From the NCBI GenBank assembly GCA_977020255.1, contig CDROCS010000755.1:62001-126000 (forward strand): 64,000 bases of DNA, written 5' to 3'. This DNA comes from Obrimoposthia wandeli. Taxonomy: Eukaryota. Under the pieces are notes generated by a model, which did not search any database, was not told the origin of the DNA, and saw only the letters and a list, made by a program, of their open reading frames with translations. The translations under genes and the position numbers were made by a program. Positions 61,437-64,000 of the stretch are shown here, in pieces; the first letter of the stretch is position 1; the number at the start of each line of letters is the position of its first letter.

Positions 61437-61800
61437 AAGTTCTATCGTTGATAGATTGCAATTTTCCGTATTTAATAAAGTTTGATTTTTGAAGTAAAAC
61501 TCAAATTTCCCTGAATTCTATCGTTGATAGATTGCAATTTTCCGTATTTAATAAAGTTTGATTTTTGAAGTAAAACTCAAATTACCCTGAATTCTATCGT
61601 TGATAGATTGCAATTTTCCGTATTTAATAAAGTTTGATTTTTGAAGTAAAACTCAAATTACCCTGAATTCTATCGTTGATAGATTGCAATTTTCCGTATT
61701 TAATAAAGTTTGATTTTTGAAGTAAAACTCAATTTACCCTGAATTCTATCGTTGATAGATTGCAATTTTCCGTATTTAATAAAGTTTGATTTTTGAGATA
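61437..61800. repeat. 76-bp tandem repeat x ~4.7 in LTR copy D
   Basis: Units start at 61437, 61513, 61589, 61665 and 61741. Each contains TCTATC-GTT-GATAGA and AATAAA. Confidence 0.95.
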
Positions 61801-62313
61801 AAATTCAATTTGCCCATTTTTAAGGAAGTTTGAATCACCACCTTTTTTGACATAAAATTAAAAGTTTACCCTCAAAAGTTAAAGTTTGACATTAAAGTTA
61901 AAATTGATTTGAAAAATCTATAACTTGAGGTTATTCGCGAGTTAGAGGAACAACACCAAAATCTCGATCACCCTAATACCTAAAATCGATACGTGGTTCA
62001 TCCCCACTCGAGTAGAGACTTACAGAAGTCTTAGGAATTTTTACCATACTTTTTAGAAAATACGTACGTAAACGTATTGTTGTGTTTTAGTTTCGTGAGT
62101 TACCAATAAACGATTTCTTACATTAGAACACGTTGTTTTTAAACCCTTCAGATTAAGAGACGTCAAACCAAACACCTTCAGATAAGAGAGAGATAGGCAA
62201 CCATAACACTAAGTAGGCCACGACCAACTTTAAGACCTGCTTCTATTCGAACTCACGTTGGGGCCCTCCGCACATAAGAGGATCTATACAAGTCTCGTAT
62301 AGAAACCCCAACA

Positions 62314-62860
62314 CCTTCTTAAATTTCGGTATTGAACAAGAGCTTACAACACATTATCAACATCAAGCTGACGGTCTGGCAGAAAGAGTTATACGCATGG
62401 TAAGAGATATGATTGTTACGATAATAGCGTCTACTAAAACAGGAAAATGTTGGCACGATTTATTGCCATAAATTGAATTTGCTATTAATGCAACAGTAAA
62501 TAGTTCTTCAAAACATTTACTGTTTGAGGTAATTAATGGAAGAAAAATAACAATTCAATCATCAAGTGCAACAACAAACAATAAAGAAAATATCATTCAA
62601 GACGTAAATGAGAACCAATAAATTGCAGCTGAAAAGTTAAAGAAGTTATATAATGAAAGAAGAGTGGAAAGGATATTTGAAGTAAATAAAAAGGTGCTAA
62701 TTTAAAAGGACCCAGTTAAAAGAAGCAAGAATAGTGACTAGTTTGAAGGCCCATATAGAATAATATAATTTTTGAGTCCACAACAGGTATCAATTTAGTT
62801 TTCAAGAGGAATACTTCCCAGGAGAAACGAATGGCTAAAGAAGTGCAAATTTGAATAGTG
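62314..62860 (+). pseudogene. Gypsy-type integrase C-terminal remnant
   Basis: FGIEQELTTHYQHQADGLAERVIR, WHDLLP*IEFAINATVNSS and FEGPYRI. Confidence 0.75.
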
Positions 62861-64000
62861 AAGGGGAAATTTATGTAATCAGAAATATCTTACTGGCAAA
62901 TATTTTTTATGAATTCTTATGGATTCCTGTATAATATAAATTGTGTTGTGTAATCTAACTCTTGAATTATGTCTACAATAGGAAACATAACTGATAACTA
63001 TAAATAATATTGTCAACACAAGTCACCTGAGGTTAATAAACTCAACTCTAGAGTTAAATATCCATTTTTCATTCACGTTTTCGGGTTTTATCTAATGTTT
63101 TGTAATATGTCCTTGTCCAGGTTTAAAAATTTAACCGCTCTTTATTCAATATTTCAATTTATTGTTTGTTTTATCTCAACATCTGCCAGTTTCTGGACCT
63201 CAACACAAGATTTGAAAACAAATATAAAGTAATTTTCAAAATAAATACCTCAAATATTTCACAAAATCGAAAAATTTGTATATTAAGTGAATAAAAGAAG
63301 TCTGACATTGAATTAAACTTTTTGTGAGATTTAAAATATACAAAAAAGTTTAAAATAATTCTGATTTGTAATTTTCTTGATAATTTTATGTGATATACTC
63401 AATATGACTTAAATTGATATTTCACAATAAAAACATATAATAAAGGAACAACAATAAATAATTATGTATAATAAAATAGTGATATTTAAAAAAAGGTTGA
63501 AAATAGTTTAAGAAATAACTTAAAATACAATTATTTAGATATCTAAATTTTAAATAAATTTCTTAAAGAAAGTTAAAAATATGTATTACAAAGCATTCTG
63601 ATATATAATACATTTTATTTTCAAAGTATTTGTTTTAATATTATTTAAAAATGTAAGTCAAATTACTAAAACATTTGCCTAACAATATTTTTTTAATAAA
63701 ACTAATTGATTGAAAATAAATTAAATAAATATAAAAAACAACATATGACTAATTTAAATTTATTAATTATTTTCGTTTGACCTATTTCACATAAATTTTG
63801 GACAGTGATAACACGACTCGAAAGTTTTAAATAGTTAAAAATTCAAACGAAACGAGTTTTTAACGAATTGGGTATTTAGGTAATTAATAGATAAATTATA
63901 CGAAGTTTTCCAAATAAATAAAACATGAAGTTAAAATTATTTTAAAGTCCATGTTAATTCTTGTGGAGTTTATATATTTAACCAATATCATAAATTTTAA

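Larger units (their letters stand above)
60513..62313 (+). mobile_element. Long solo-LTR-like element, copy D (1.8 kb)
   Basis: Starts TGTTAGATTTAGG, ends GAAACCCCAACA, with a perfect 4-bp TSD CCTT/CCTT. Confidence 0.88.

Noticed and set aside
63100-63140. Minus-strand KFLNLDKD as the missing CHP EF-hand 1 exon
   Set aside because: No usable splice sites, AT-rich codons unlike the other CHP exons, and it lies upstream of the candidate start exons.

Overview
AT-rich, intron-containing eukaryotic DNA, probably from an invertebrate animal (the species cannot be determined from sequence alone). The window is mostly mobile-element debris around two probable host genes. (1) A decayed but nearly complete Polinton/Maverick (adintovirus-like) cassette lies at ~7.3-17.2 kb, all on the + strand: packaging ATPase, small amphipathic ORF, retroviral-type integrase with chromodomain, minor capsid, small QxGxG ORF, major capsid, adenain protease, conserved ORF, and a protein-primed PolB with an EndoVII/HNH insert. 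Three more fragments of divergent relatives are present: an inverted major-capsid fragment at 1.1-2.0 kb, an inverted PolB N-terminal fragment at 52.2-53.9 kb, and a right arm at 56.4-59.5 kb. That right arm keeps an elaborate terminus: GC hairpins, a pentamer microsatellite, 32 x 46-bp repeats with a 690-bp higher-order period, a perfect 39-bp palindrome and an ACTACT end. (2) A spliced calcineurin-B-homologous protein (CHP) gene lies on the - strand, with four phase-compatible exons between 18.2 and 28.2 kb plus a candidate micro-exon; its 5' exons are unresolved. (3) An intact, GC-rich, acidic 285-aa orphan ORF starts at 50.1 kb. (4) A family of long solo-LTR-like elements (TGTT...AACA ends, 4-bp TSDs) has conserved hairpin-bearing ends but unrelated internal tandem arrays. 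(5) There are remnants of hAT, Tc1/mariner, Chapaev3-like, KRBA2/SCAND3-type integrase, BEL/Pao, Gypsy and DIRS-like elements. The most notable structure is a near-perfect ~212-bp fold-back inside the Polinton PolB 5' region. Family assignments come from motifs recognised by eye; no database search was run.
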